Below, in pieces: positions 56,234 through 64,000 of a DNA stretch of 64,000 nt; position 1 is the first letter of the stretch, and each line of letters opens with the position of its first letter. Below the pieces are notes generated by a model. That model ran no database searches and had not been told where the DNA came from. It was given only the letters and a program-made list of their open reading frames with translations. Origin of the DNA: a virus (lineage: Duplodnaviria; Heunggongvirae; Uroviricota; Caudoviricetes); IMG/VR virus record IMGVR_UViG_3300036770_007945, positions 64,001-128,000 of that record. One strand, written 5' to 3'. The translations under genes were made by a program, and so were the position numbers.

Positions 56234-57862
56234 GTGGTAATAACTATGTCAAATACAATTAATGAAGTTTTATTCGCAGAACAGGTGCGAGAAAAGATTA
56301 AGCAGGGAGCTAACGTAGTTGCAGACGCAGTAAAAGTAACCTTAGGGCCCAAAGGACGCAACGTAGTCTTAGAAAGAATTTATGGAGTCCCAAGAATTAC
56401 AAAAGACGGCGTAAGTGTAGCTCAGGCCATCGAAACCTTAGAAGATAAGTATAGAAATCTCGGAGCCCAACTCATAAAAGAGGTGGCTATAAAAACTAAC
56501 GAGGTTGCCGGAGACGGAACTACAACTTCGATAGTGATTGCTCAAGCTATTTTGAATTCAGGCCTGAAGATGATTACCGCAGGAGTAAACCCTGTAGATA
56601 TCAAGAAAGGATTAGATCTTGCTGTTGCAGATGCTGTAATCAAACTAAAAGACTTTGCAAAACCAGTTAAAGATATTGAGGTTATAAAGCAAGTAGCAAC
56701 TATTTCTGCAAACGGCGATTTAGAGGTAGGAGAAAAAATCGCTAAAGCTATAGAAGAAGTAGGAGCAACGGCGCCAATAACGGTGGAAGAGAATACTAAA
56801 CCAGAGTTAGAACTGAAGATTATTCAAGGTTTTCAATTCAACAAGGGTTATTTATTACCTCATTTCATAACAAATACTAATAAATTAACAGTAGATTTTG
56901 AGAACCCTTTACTATTTCTTTGTGATCGCAGAATACACTCTCTACAACTCTTAGTTCCTGCATTAGAGATAGCGATAAAACAACAAAGGCCTTTAGTAAT
57001 CATAGCAGAAGAGGTATTAGGAGAAGCTTTAAAAGGTTTATTGGTTAATAAAATGCAGAATGGTTTGATGGTATGTGTTGTGAAATGTCCAGGACAAGGT
57101 CATAGACGGTTAGAGTTATTAGAAGATCTGGCTACAGCGACAGGAGGCAAAGCCTTTACTAATTTGAGTTTAAAGGATTTATCCGCAATTTCTCTAGAGG
57201 ACTTTGGAACTTGTAGAAAGATTATAATTAGCAAAGAAGAAACTCTTATTATCGAAGGAGGAGCAAACCTCGAGACGCTAGCTCCCTATTGTCAACAATT
57301 AACAAGCCAGTTAGAGGAGTCGGTTTCCGAATATGAAAAAGACAGATTAAAAGAGCGATTAGCTAGGTTATTAAGTGGCGCTGCAACCTTAAAAGTTGGT
57401 GGAGTAACTGAAGCAGAAATAAAAGAAAAGAAAGATAGAGTTGAAGATGCCTTATATGCAACTAAATGTGCAATGCAAGAAGGGGTGGTTGCCGGAGGAG
57501 GAGTAGCCTTACTCAAAGTATCTCTCTACCTTGAAAATCTACTAAATACTTTGAAAAACAAAGATCAAAAAGTAGGGGTTGAGATTTTAAAAGAAGCTTT
57601 GCAGAAACCTTTAAAGCAGATTGTTGATAACGCAGGTAAGTATGGGCAGGGCGTTCTTGAGAAAATAATAACGGACAAGGAGTATACCTCAAGCATAAAC
57701 TATGGTTACGATGTCGCAGAGGACCAGTATGGAGATATGGCAGAGTTAGGGATCTTAGATCCTGTTAAAGTAACAAGGACTGCTTTAGAGACCGCTGTAT
57801 CGATTGCAGGTTTGTTGTTGACTACTGAAGCTGCCGTTATAAATAAAATAGAAAACAAATAA
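56234..57862 (+). CDS. groEL: Phage-encoded GroEL-like chaperonin
   Basis: VTLGPKGRNV, TKDGVSVA, AGDGTTT, KDRVEDAL, GVVAGGG, ILDPVKV; no GGM tail. Confidence 0.97.
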   Translation: MVITMSNTINEVLFAEQVREKIKQGANVVADAVKVTLGPKGRNVVLERIYGVPRITKDGVSVAQAIETLEDKYRNLGAQLIKEVAIKTNEVAGDGTTTSIVIAQAILNSGLKMITAGVNPVDIKKGLDLAVADAVIKLKDFAKPVKDIEVIKQVATISANGDLEVGEKIAKAIEEVGATAPITVEENTKPELELKIIQGFQFNKGYLLPHFITNTNKLTVDFENPLLFLCDRRIHSLQLLVPALEIAIKQQRPLVIIAEEVLGEALKGLLVNKMQNGLMVCVVKCPGQGHRRLELLEDLATATGGKAFTNLSLKDLSAISLEDFGTCRKIIISKEETLIIEGGANLETLAPYCQQLTSQLEESVSEYEKDRLKERLARLLSGAATLKVGGVTEAEIKEKKDRVEDALYATKCAMQEGVVAGGGVALLKVSLYLENLLNTLKNKDQKVGVEILKEALQKPLKQIVDNAGKYGQGVLEKIITDKEYTSSINYGYDVAEDQYGDMAELGILDPVKVTRTALETAVSIAGLLLTTEAAVINKIENK

Positions 57863-57894
57863 ACAACTTTAATTAACTTTAACTAACTTTACCT

Positions 57895-58173
57895 ATGTTT
57901 TTAGAAAAACTTATTACTAATATTTACAGAAGTTTTCCTTTCGAGGAAGCTCAAAGATTTGAAAAATTCTTACGAAGTCTAAATCAAGAAAGCCTATTAC
58001 TTGCTTTCGGAAAAGAAACTCTAGAAGCCTCCTTAAAAGCCTCCGTAGACGATTTAGAAGATTTGTTAGAATTAGCTCGAGATATTAGAAATAATTTAGA
58101 AAGTAGTGTAGGAGATGTAGAATCTGGAATTGAGGATTTAATTAAGACTTTAAAACGAACAAGGCTTGATTAA
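57895..58173 (+). CDS. Hypothetical protein
   Basis: 92 aa ORF. Confidence 0.5.
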   Translation: MFLEKLITNIYRSFPFEEAQRFEKFLRSLNQESLLLAFGKETLEASLKASVDDLEDLLELARDIRNNLESSVGDVESGIEDLIKTLKRTRLD

Positions 58174-58230
58174 AAAATTTAATGTTATAATATATTAAAA
58201 ACCTATTAATAATCTTAATTCCTTATAAGT

Positions 58231-58611
58231 ATGAAAAAAAATAAATATACAATATCAGCGGCTGAAAGACACGCGTTAAACACTTTAAAGATTTTAGTAA
58301 CTAAAGATAAAAAATATGAAAGTTTAAACGAAAAGATAGCAAAGATACAAGGTAGAGATTTTCAAACTTACCTTCGACCTGCTGATGTCGAAATTCTTTC
58401 ATCTACTTTAGAGTTACTAGATTTAATTCTAGGACACTCAATCGCTACCTATTTCTTCTACGAATGTCAGAATAAGGACGGAGGATCCGTGACTATAAAT
58501 AATTTATCGTTCCGAATAAAGACGTTAGAGGATGTTGAGAGTTTTATTGTATGTGTCAAAGAGTTGAACGATAAAAGCCAAAGAAAGAGAAAAAATAAGA
58601 AAAGAAGTTAA
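58231..58611 (+). CDS. Hypothetical protein
   Basis: 126 aa ORF. Confidence 0.55.
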   Translation: MKKNKYTISAAERHALNTLKILVTKDKKYESLNEKIAKIQGRDFQTYLRPADVEILSSTLELLDLILGHSIATYFFYECQNKDGGSVTINNLSFRIKTLEDVESFIVCVKELNDKSQRKRKNKKRS

Positions 58612-58613
58612 TT

Positions 58614-58928
58614 ATGAATATATTTAAAGATTTACTGAGTTACTATAGAATTAAGTATTATATAAAAAAGAATATAAGTTCTCAAAACCTCAGATACAGA
58701 GAATACTATCCTCTTCAAGAAGGAGATCAGCACTTCATTGTTAAAAGCTACATTGTTGGAGACTTCGAAGTAGAGCGCAGAGTAAACACACCTTTATCTA
58801 TGTGGAATTATATAGATACCTATACTTGTTATTGTAAGAATACTAAAGTTAAAATAAAGCAGAAATATCTCAGAAAATTGTTTAATTATTTACTTGAAAA
58901 ATTTAAAACACAGAATTATGCAAAGTAA
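58614..58928 (+). CDS. Hypothetical protein
   Basis: 104 aa ORF. Confidence 0.5.
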   Translation: MNIFKDLLSYYRIKYYIKKNISSQNLRYREYYPLQEGDQHFIVKSYIVGDFEVERRVNTPLSMWNYIDTYTCYCKNTKVKIKQKYLRKLFNYLLEKFKTQNYAK

Positions 58929-60288
58929 CAACACATCTCTTTTAAGATCTATAAAACTTATTCAGAGTTTAGAACAAACTTCCTCAAGAAATCAAAAGAT
59001 TGCTTTATTAAAACAGGAAGCCGCGTATCCAGATACTGTTTTCTTTCACGGAGCAGGATTAGCTTTAAACTCTCTTATAACTTTCGGTATAAAGCAGATC
59101 CCTACGGTCTCTGAGGAAGAGTCTATAGAGTTATCAAAGGACTCTTGGCAAGACTTTTTACACCTAACAGACAACTTGCGCACGCGACAGTTAACAGGAA
59201 GCGCCGCGAAAACAGCGGTAGAGAGTTTGATTAAAGTTACGCCTATAGCTGTTTGGAATTACTGGTATAGAAGAATTTTAATGAAAGATTTAGCCTGCGG
59301 TGTTGATGTTTCTACTATAAATAAAGCATTAGTTGAGATAAAACCAGAAAGCTTAATTCCAGTTTTTGAATGTCAGTTAGCACAAGATGGTGCAAAACAT
59401 GAAGCTAAGATGAAAGGAAAGAAGTATGTAGAAACGAAATTAGACGGTGTAAGAGTTTTGACTATACTATATCCCGATGGTCAAGTAATACAGTATAGTC
59501 GCAATGGAAAAGAGTTATTAAATTTTACGAATATTATAAATCAATTTAAAGACTTATTGAAGTATGACGACTTCTTAAAAGATATAGGAAACGAACCTAT
59601 AGTATTAGATGGGGAGATCACTTCAGGATCTTTTCGGGATTTAATGAAACAGGTTCATAGAAAGGAACAAGTAGAGACTAGTGATGCTATTTTACATCTA
59701 TTCGACATTTTTCCTTTAAAACAGTTTTTGAAAGGTGTTTGTGCAAACACTCAGGAGGTTCGAAGCAATACTATTTACTACTTACATAAGAAATACAAAG
59801 ACTGTTTACCGAACGTTTTGGTAGTAGGGCACGAATTAGTAGACTTAGATACCGTTGACGGAAAAAGACGTTTTTCAGAGTTAAACAGGCTTGCTCTCGC
59901 AGGAGGTTATGAAGGATTGATGTTAAAAGATCCTGCAGCTCTTTACGAGTGTAAAAGAAGTGTTAACTGGCTTAAAATAAAACCTTATATAGAAGTATCT
60001 CTTAAAGTTGTGGGTTTCGAAGAAGGAACTGGAAAGAATAAGCAAAAGTTAGGTGCATTACTTTGTCAGGGTTATGACGAGGATAGAGAAATTATAGTCA
60101 GTGTAGGAGGCGGTTTCACTGATGAGCAACGAGAGCTATTTTGGAAACAAAAAGAAAGTTTATTAGAACAAATCGTTGAGATTCGCGCAGACACAGTAAC
60201 ACAGAATCAACAAGAGCTTAATAGTTATTCATTAAGGTTTCCGAGGTTTCTACATTTCAGAGGATTCAAACCTGGAGAGAAATTATAA
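58894..60288 (+). CDS. ATP-dependent DNA ligase (likely start 58918)
   Basis: ETKLDGVR, LDGEI, LFDI, EGLMLK, WLKIKP, SLRFPRF. Confidence 0.95.
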   Translation: MKNLKHRIMQSNNTSLLRSIKLIQSLEQTSSRNQKIALLKQEAAYPDTVFFHGAGLALNSLITFGIKQIPTVSEEESIELSKDSWQDFLHLTDNLRTRQLTGSAAKTAVESLIKVTPIAVWNYWYRRILMKDLACGVDVSTINKALVEIKPESLIPVFECQLAQDGAKHEAKMKGKKYVETKLDGVRVLTILYPDGQVIQYSRNGKELLNFTNIINQFKDLLKYDDFLKDIGNEPIVLDGEITSGSFRDLMKQVHRKEQVETSDAILHLFDIFPLKQFLKGVCANTQEVRSNTIYYLHKKYKDCLPNVLVVGHELVDLDTVDGKRRFSELNRLALAGGYEGLMLKDPAALYECKRSVNWLKIKPYIEVSLKVVGFEEGTGKNKQKLGALLCQGYDEDREIIVSVGGGFTDEQRELFWKQKESLLEQIVEIRADTVTQNQQELNSYSLRFPRFLHFRGFKPGEKL

Positions 60289-60291
60289 GGA

Positions 60292-60903
60292 TTAGCCTAT
60301 AGCTAACAAATAGTAATAAGAGCCCCACAGGACTGCACCAAAAAATATTTCGCCCCATTGCCAGCCAGATTGACGATTTCCGAAATGTTCACAGATAATA
60401 GCAGGAATTAAATAACAAGAGCCCATTGTAAGACCTACAAGGCCCATAAGGAACCAAAATTTTGTATAGAATATAAAGGGAACTGCTAAAACAGCGGTTA
60501 ACATTAATCCTCTTAAAGATAAAGCGGCCCAACCATTAAAGACTGGAAACTTCTCTCCTCTAAACCACTTATCTAAGATTAAAATGTCTCGACGGTCTTT
60601 GTATATTTTACGGTCAAGAATAGCGCCAATATAACCGCCCCATCCAGGAGCGAAGGCTAAACGAAGGACTAAAGCGTGTATAGGAATAAGATAGGGGTTT
60701 GTAAGAAGTCCGAAAACAATACCAAAGACAGCAGCGTTAAGCATTTTAACACCTACCATTTCTCCTTCCTTCATGAGTTTAAATCTTTCAAGAAGCTTGA
60801 TACGTTCTGGATAAGGGTAGATGAAATCGGCTAACCATCCTCCACGAATACGATTCATGACAGCACCCAAAAGAGTAATAAGTATTAATAATGTAAAAGA
60901 CAT
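60292..60903 (-). CDS. Polytopic membrane protein
   Basis: About 5 hydrophobic segments; NRIRGG motif. Confidence 0.65.
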   Translation of the reverse strand: MSFTLLILITLLGAVMNRIRGGWLADFIYPYPERIKLLERFKLMKEGEMVGVKMLNAAVFGIVFGLLTNPYLIPIHALVLRLAFAPGWGGYIGAILDRKIYKDRRDILILDKWFRGEKFPVFNGWAALSLRGLMLTAVLAVPFIFYTKFWFLMGLVGLTMGSCYLIPAIICEHFGNRQSGWQWGEIFFGAVLWGSYYYLLAIG

Positions 60904-61037
60904 AGATATTAAAAAAAAAAGATTTTAGATGTTTATTGTGGTGGTTTAAAAAAATTAAGAATACGCTAAATTGAGGTAGATTTTAAAAGTATTCAAAGTT
61001 ACACTACTATTTTCTTTAATAATAAAACTAAAAAATT

Positions 61038-61745
61038 ATGACAACTACCCAAGAACGTCTAATAGTTAAAGCTGTAGTAGGTTCCCAATTATATGGAACT
61101 GCGAGTGAATCTTCAGATTTAGATTATAGAGGGGTTTACCTGCCAACACTTAAGGATTGTATTACAAATAGCATTGAAGGGAGTATTGTGTGTAATACTA
61201 AAGTTACAGCGGGCGAGCGAAACAGCAAAGGCGATGTGGATTACACTATTTTTTCTTTACAGCATTTCTTAAAAAACCTCGAAAGAGATACCTTAGGTAT
61301 TGAAATGTTACATGCAAGTGACATACATTTAAAAATTTCAAGTCCTCTCTGGGAAGAGTTAAGACGTAACAGACATAGATTTTATACCAGAGACTTTAAA
61401 TGTTTCTTTGGTTTTATCCTAAAGAGAAGAGCATTACTAATAAAAGAGTTGGAAACTGATAATATTCTACATCCAAAAGGTATTAGTCATGCTTTTAGAA
61501 TGGGTATGCAATTAAAACAAATTTATAAGTCAGGAGATCTCTCCTTCCCTTTTAATAAAGAGGAAAGTTTATTCCTAAAGGAGTTGAAAGTAGCTTCAAA
61601 TATAACAAGAGATACTTTAGATTTACTAAATAGCTTAATCTCAGAGTTAGAGGTGTATAGAGATAAGAGTTCCTACCCCGAAAGAGTTTCTCCTGAGTGG
61701 ATCGATAGCTTTATTTACCAGAGTTATTCGAAGTATCTTTTATAG
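61038..61745 (+). CDS. Pol-beta-superfamily nucleotidyltransferase
   Basis: VVGSQLYG..SESSDLDYRGVY (GS...DxD); helical C-domain SHAFR. Confidence 0.85.
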   Translation: MTTTQERLIVKAVVGSQLYGTASESSDLDYRGVYLPTLKDCITNSIEGSIVCNTKVTAGERNSKGDVDYTIFSLQHFLKNLERDTLGIEMLHASDIHLKISSPLWEELRRNRHRFYTRDFKCFFGFILKRRALLIKELETDNILHPKGISHAFRMGMQLKQIYKSGDLSFPFNKEESLFLKELKVASNITRDTLDLLNSLISELEVYRDKSSYPERVSPEWIDSFIYQSYSKYLL

Positions 61746-62067
61746 TGTCTGTGGTTATACCAACAGAGGTTTCTTCAGAGAGAGCTTTAGGATTTTCTTG
61801 AATATTGCTAGAAGAACAAACACTATCCCAAATATCGTTATGATCTACAAGCTGACGAATAAAAGTTTTAGAAATATTAGAAGAGCGTAAAGATTTCTTA
61901 TCTTCGTTACTTGTTATGAATTTTGTAGACAATAAGCATAAATCTCTCCCACAATTTTGTATTACCGGTTTAGAAGCTTTACAACTTGTCAATAAGAGCG
62001 TCACGCTCAAGGCTAGAGTTTTTACGAATGATACTTTTTGTTGTTTGAAGGTGCTGAATGTTTTCAT
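61711..62067 (-). CDS. Outer-membrane spanin (Rz1-like lipoprotein)
   Basis: From MKTFSTF: basic N-terminus, hydrophobic core, lipobox LLTS-C; overlaps the 3' end of the i-spanin in another frame. Confidence 0.65.
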   Translation of the reverse strand: MKTFSTFKQQKVSFVKTLALSVTLLLTSCKASKPVIQNCGRDLCLLSTKFITSNEDKKSLRSSNISKTFIRQLVDHNDIWDSVCSSSNIQENPKALSEETSVGITTDTIKDTSNNSGK

Positions 62068-62251
62068 TTTGAATAATAATTTGGTTTTCTGATTTTTCTT
62101 TTTCACAGGCTTCACGAACAGAAGCTTCTCCTTTGATTCTACCGATATAGAAAGCAACGCCTACAGAAGCGAATAAGGAGGATGCAAGAAACAGATATAT
62201 ATAAACTTTAGGAGGTATTTTAGAAGTTATAGATACTAAGAAGCTAGACAT
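61979..62251 (-). CDS. Inner-membrane spanin (Rz-like)
   Basis: N-terminal TM, then a periplasmic helical segment with Cys; overlapped by the lipoprotein gene. Confidence 0.6.
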   Translation of the reverse strand: MSSFLVSITSKIPPKVYIYLFLASSLFASVGVAFYIGRIKGEASVREACEKEKSENQIIIQNENIQHLQTTKSIIRKNSSLERDALIDKL

Positions 62252-62292
62252 ATCGAGTTAAAATTATTAAAAGATTATCAACATATTTTAAG

Positions 62293-62574
62293 TTACTTTG
62301 TTGAAGTATCCAAAGGCTTTTCTACATTTTTAAGAGGAGTGTTCCTAGTAACCCTCTCAATAGTAGACATACCGAGTAAACTACCTCCAAAGGCCACCAT
62401 TACCCACAAAATTTCAAGTAAACTATCAAAATCTCTATTGACTATTGCAAAAACACCACCAACCCAGCAGAGTAAATCAAAACTAAGACCAATTTTAACT
62501 CCTATAAGGCGTTTGCTTGATTTTTCGTTATCAATACCAGTCAAGTATTCAGCTACCCAAGTAGAAAGGAACAT
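62293..62574 (-). CDS. Holin candidate (2 TM)
   Basis: Two TM segments, charged C-terminus, directly upstream of the spanins. Confidence 0.45.
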   Translation of the reverse strand: MFLSTWVAEYLTGIDNEKSSKRLIGVKIGLSFDLLCWVGGVFAIVNRDFDSLLEILWVMVAFGGSLLGMSTIERVTRNTPLKNVEKPLDTSTK

Positions 62575-62575
62575 A

Positions 62576-63010
62576 TTAAAAATCCTTAGAATTATGTTGT
62601 GAATCTTGTTGTGGAAGTTTTCCCAACGTATTCAAAATCTCTTGTAGAACACTGTCTTCTTTAGCGTGATAAGCTTTCGTATTTTTATTTGTTTCTGCCT
62701 GCTCTCTAACAACAGTATCTAAACGTAAGTTAATCTCTTTAGCGTGAGTTTCGAGTCTTTTTTCGAGACTATGCTCTAAATCCGCTTTATGAACGCGTAA
62801 TTGCTCTTCAACTCTTTCTGTTAATCTTTTGTGAACATCAGTGAGAAACCTGTCGATTTCGCGCAAGGCAAACCATTTAAGGAATCTAACTACTCCATAA
62901 AGGATACCTACTAAACCAGCCCAAAGACCTAAAGTCAAATCATGCCACGTGATGGCAGCGCGAACTTTAGATGAATCAATAAGCGGTTGCAATTTATCGA
63001 TGGAATCCAT
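62576..63010 (-). CDS. Holin/antiholin candidate (1 TM plus coiled coil)
   Basis: Single TM followed by a soluble helical domain; first gene of the lysis-like cassette. Confidence 0.4.
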   Translation of the reverse strand: MDSIDKLQPLIDSSKVRAAITWHDLTLGLWAGLVGILYGVVRFLKWFALREIDRFLTDVHKRLTERVEEQLRVHKADLEHSLEKRLETHAKEINLRLDTVVREQAETNKNTKAYHAKEDSVLQEILNTLGKLPQQDSQHNSKDF

Positions 63011-63144
63011 AGGATAATGTTTTGTTAAAAACCTTGTAATTTAAAATAATTGAAATAAAATTAGTAAAGAGTAAAGAGTTTCAAACTTTGCTTTGACTTT
63101 ATTTCAATTATTTCAATTTCATTTAAACTTTAACCTTTAATATT

Positions 63145-63639
63145 ATGTTTATAAATCCAAAAGAAATCCTTGACAAAGGTATATTAGAATTACCTTCTAG
63201 CATAGACGTAGAGAAAGTATTACAGCCAAACGGTATAGATCTAAGTATTTCCGAAATTTTTAAAATTGTTAAAAGTTCTTTGATTTTAGGAGATGAGATT
63301 GGAACTAAACATAGCACTTTAGAAAAACTAAAAGGGGTAGGAATGAGAGAACAGCATTTTGAATTAGAGGCAGGAACCGCCTATAAAGTAGAAACAGATT
63401 ACTACTTGACTCTACCTCATGATGTAGCCGCTTACGTTTTCACCCGTTCTACGCTAAACCGAAACGGAATTTTGGTTGGTAGTGGACTCTGGGATTCTGG
63501 TTATTCCGGCGGTGTAGGAACTACGATTTACCCATTTCAAAACTTACTTTTAGACCTTCCTTGTAGAGTAGCACAAATAGTGTTTATCAAAGCAGAAAGC
63601 TCTCATCTTTATAAAGGCACGTATAACAAACCTTATTAA
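63145..63639 (+). CDS. dCTP deaminase / trimeric dUTPase family protein
   Basis: QPNGIDL, TRSTLNRNG, WDSGYSG, VAQIVF. Confidence 0.85.
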   Translation: MFINPKEILDKGILELPSSIDVEKVLQPNGIDLSISEIFKIVKSSLILGDEIGTKHSTLEKLKGVGMREQHFELEAGTAYKVETDYYLTLPHDVAAYVFTRSTLNRNGILVGSGLWDSGYSGGVGTTIYPFQNLLLDLPCRVAQIVFIKAESSHLYKGTYNKPY

Positions 63640-63645
63640 ATTAAT

Positions 63646-64000
63646 ATGCAAATACTAAATACAGTAGTGATTGATTCTACTCAAGAATTGTCTAGGTTTT
63701 GCACAGATCTGGGATTTAATTCCTGGGGGCTGAGACTGCCGCAAGTAGAGTATGATATTGAAGAAGGTGAGAGGTTACTAGTCATTTTATCTCACGCAAT
63801 GGAAGAGGACGTAGTTAGTAGAAGTCTGGGTAAGTCCCCTCAAGGTTTACTTGTAAAGAATCTAATTGAGCAACTTGCAAGAGACTTAAAAGAAGGTAGA
63901 AGAAAAGATTTCCCTTTGCCAAAACATGTTTCTTTAATTAACTACCGAGATAGAAGCGGTGAGAGGTTAGTAGGAAAAGCCGCTGATTTTGAGACCGATT
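63646..64000 (+). CDS. Hypothetical protein truncated by the right edge of the window
   Basis: Open frame from ATG 63646 (MQILNTVVIDSTQEL...) to the end of the window. Confidence 0.6.
   Translation, partial: MQILNTVVIDSTQELSRFCTDLGFNSWGLRLPQVEYDIEEGERLLVILSHAMEEDVVSRSLGKSPQGLLVKNLIEQLARDLKEGRRKDFPLPKHVSLINYRDRSGERLVGKAADFETD

Noticed and set aside
3524-63317. Many short antisense or nested ORFs in the track (e.g. 3524, 3702, 4745, 7468, 10531, 23633, 40400, 44753, 48704, 53071, 57292)
   Set aside because: They lie within well-supported genes on the other strand or frame and have no motifs.
1-64000. tRNA/rRNA genes and stop-codon reassignment
   Set aside because: No cloverleaf with T-loop GTTCGA/CCA pattern was recognised by eye (tRNAscan was not run). 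Conserved genes are full length in the standard code and end in TAA, TAG or TGA.

Overview
AT-rich, gene-dense 64 kb segment of a large, probably contractile-tailed dsDNA bacteriophage. Spanins and a SAR-type endolysin point to a Gram-negative host, and the promoters look like sigma70 TTGCTT/TTGACT-N16/17-TA(T/A)(A/T)AT. Head module (minus strand, 12.5-25.5 kb): terminase, portal, prohead protease, acidic scaffold-like protein, decoration protein and major capsid protein. Tail/baseplate genes lie at 1.9-8.9 kb. Replication and repair: DnaB, Pif1-like and UvsW-like helicases, SbcC/Rad50 ATPase and ATP-dependent ligase. Nucleotide metabolism: nrdA, nrdB and a dCTP deaminase/dUTPase. Also present are a 7-deazaguanine DNA-modification cluster (folE, queF, purN-like, dNMP kinase, TGT/DpdA-like, queC, PRTase), a GroEL, a Pnkp-like enzyme, two orphan receiver domains and dispersed lysis genes. 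Gene orientation flips at a ~1 kb non-coding region (45.6-46.5 kb) that holds six 22-bp iteron-like repeats and several hairpins. Main highlights: (1) an SF2 helicase split by a naturally split intein, with the two halves ~32 kb apart on opposite strands; (2) six otherwise mostly unrelated proteins sharing an N-terminal leader that looks like a capsid-targeting signal; (3) a probable pre-replicative formyl-preQ1 guanine-replacement pathway whose QueC carries a degenerate LAGLIDADG-like insertion; (4) a GroEL altered at all four inter-ring (SR1) positions. No database searches were run. All family calls are from motif recognition.
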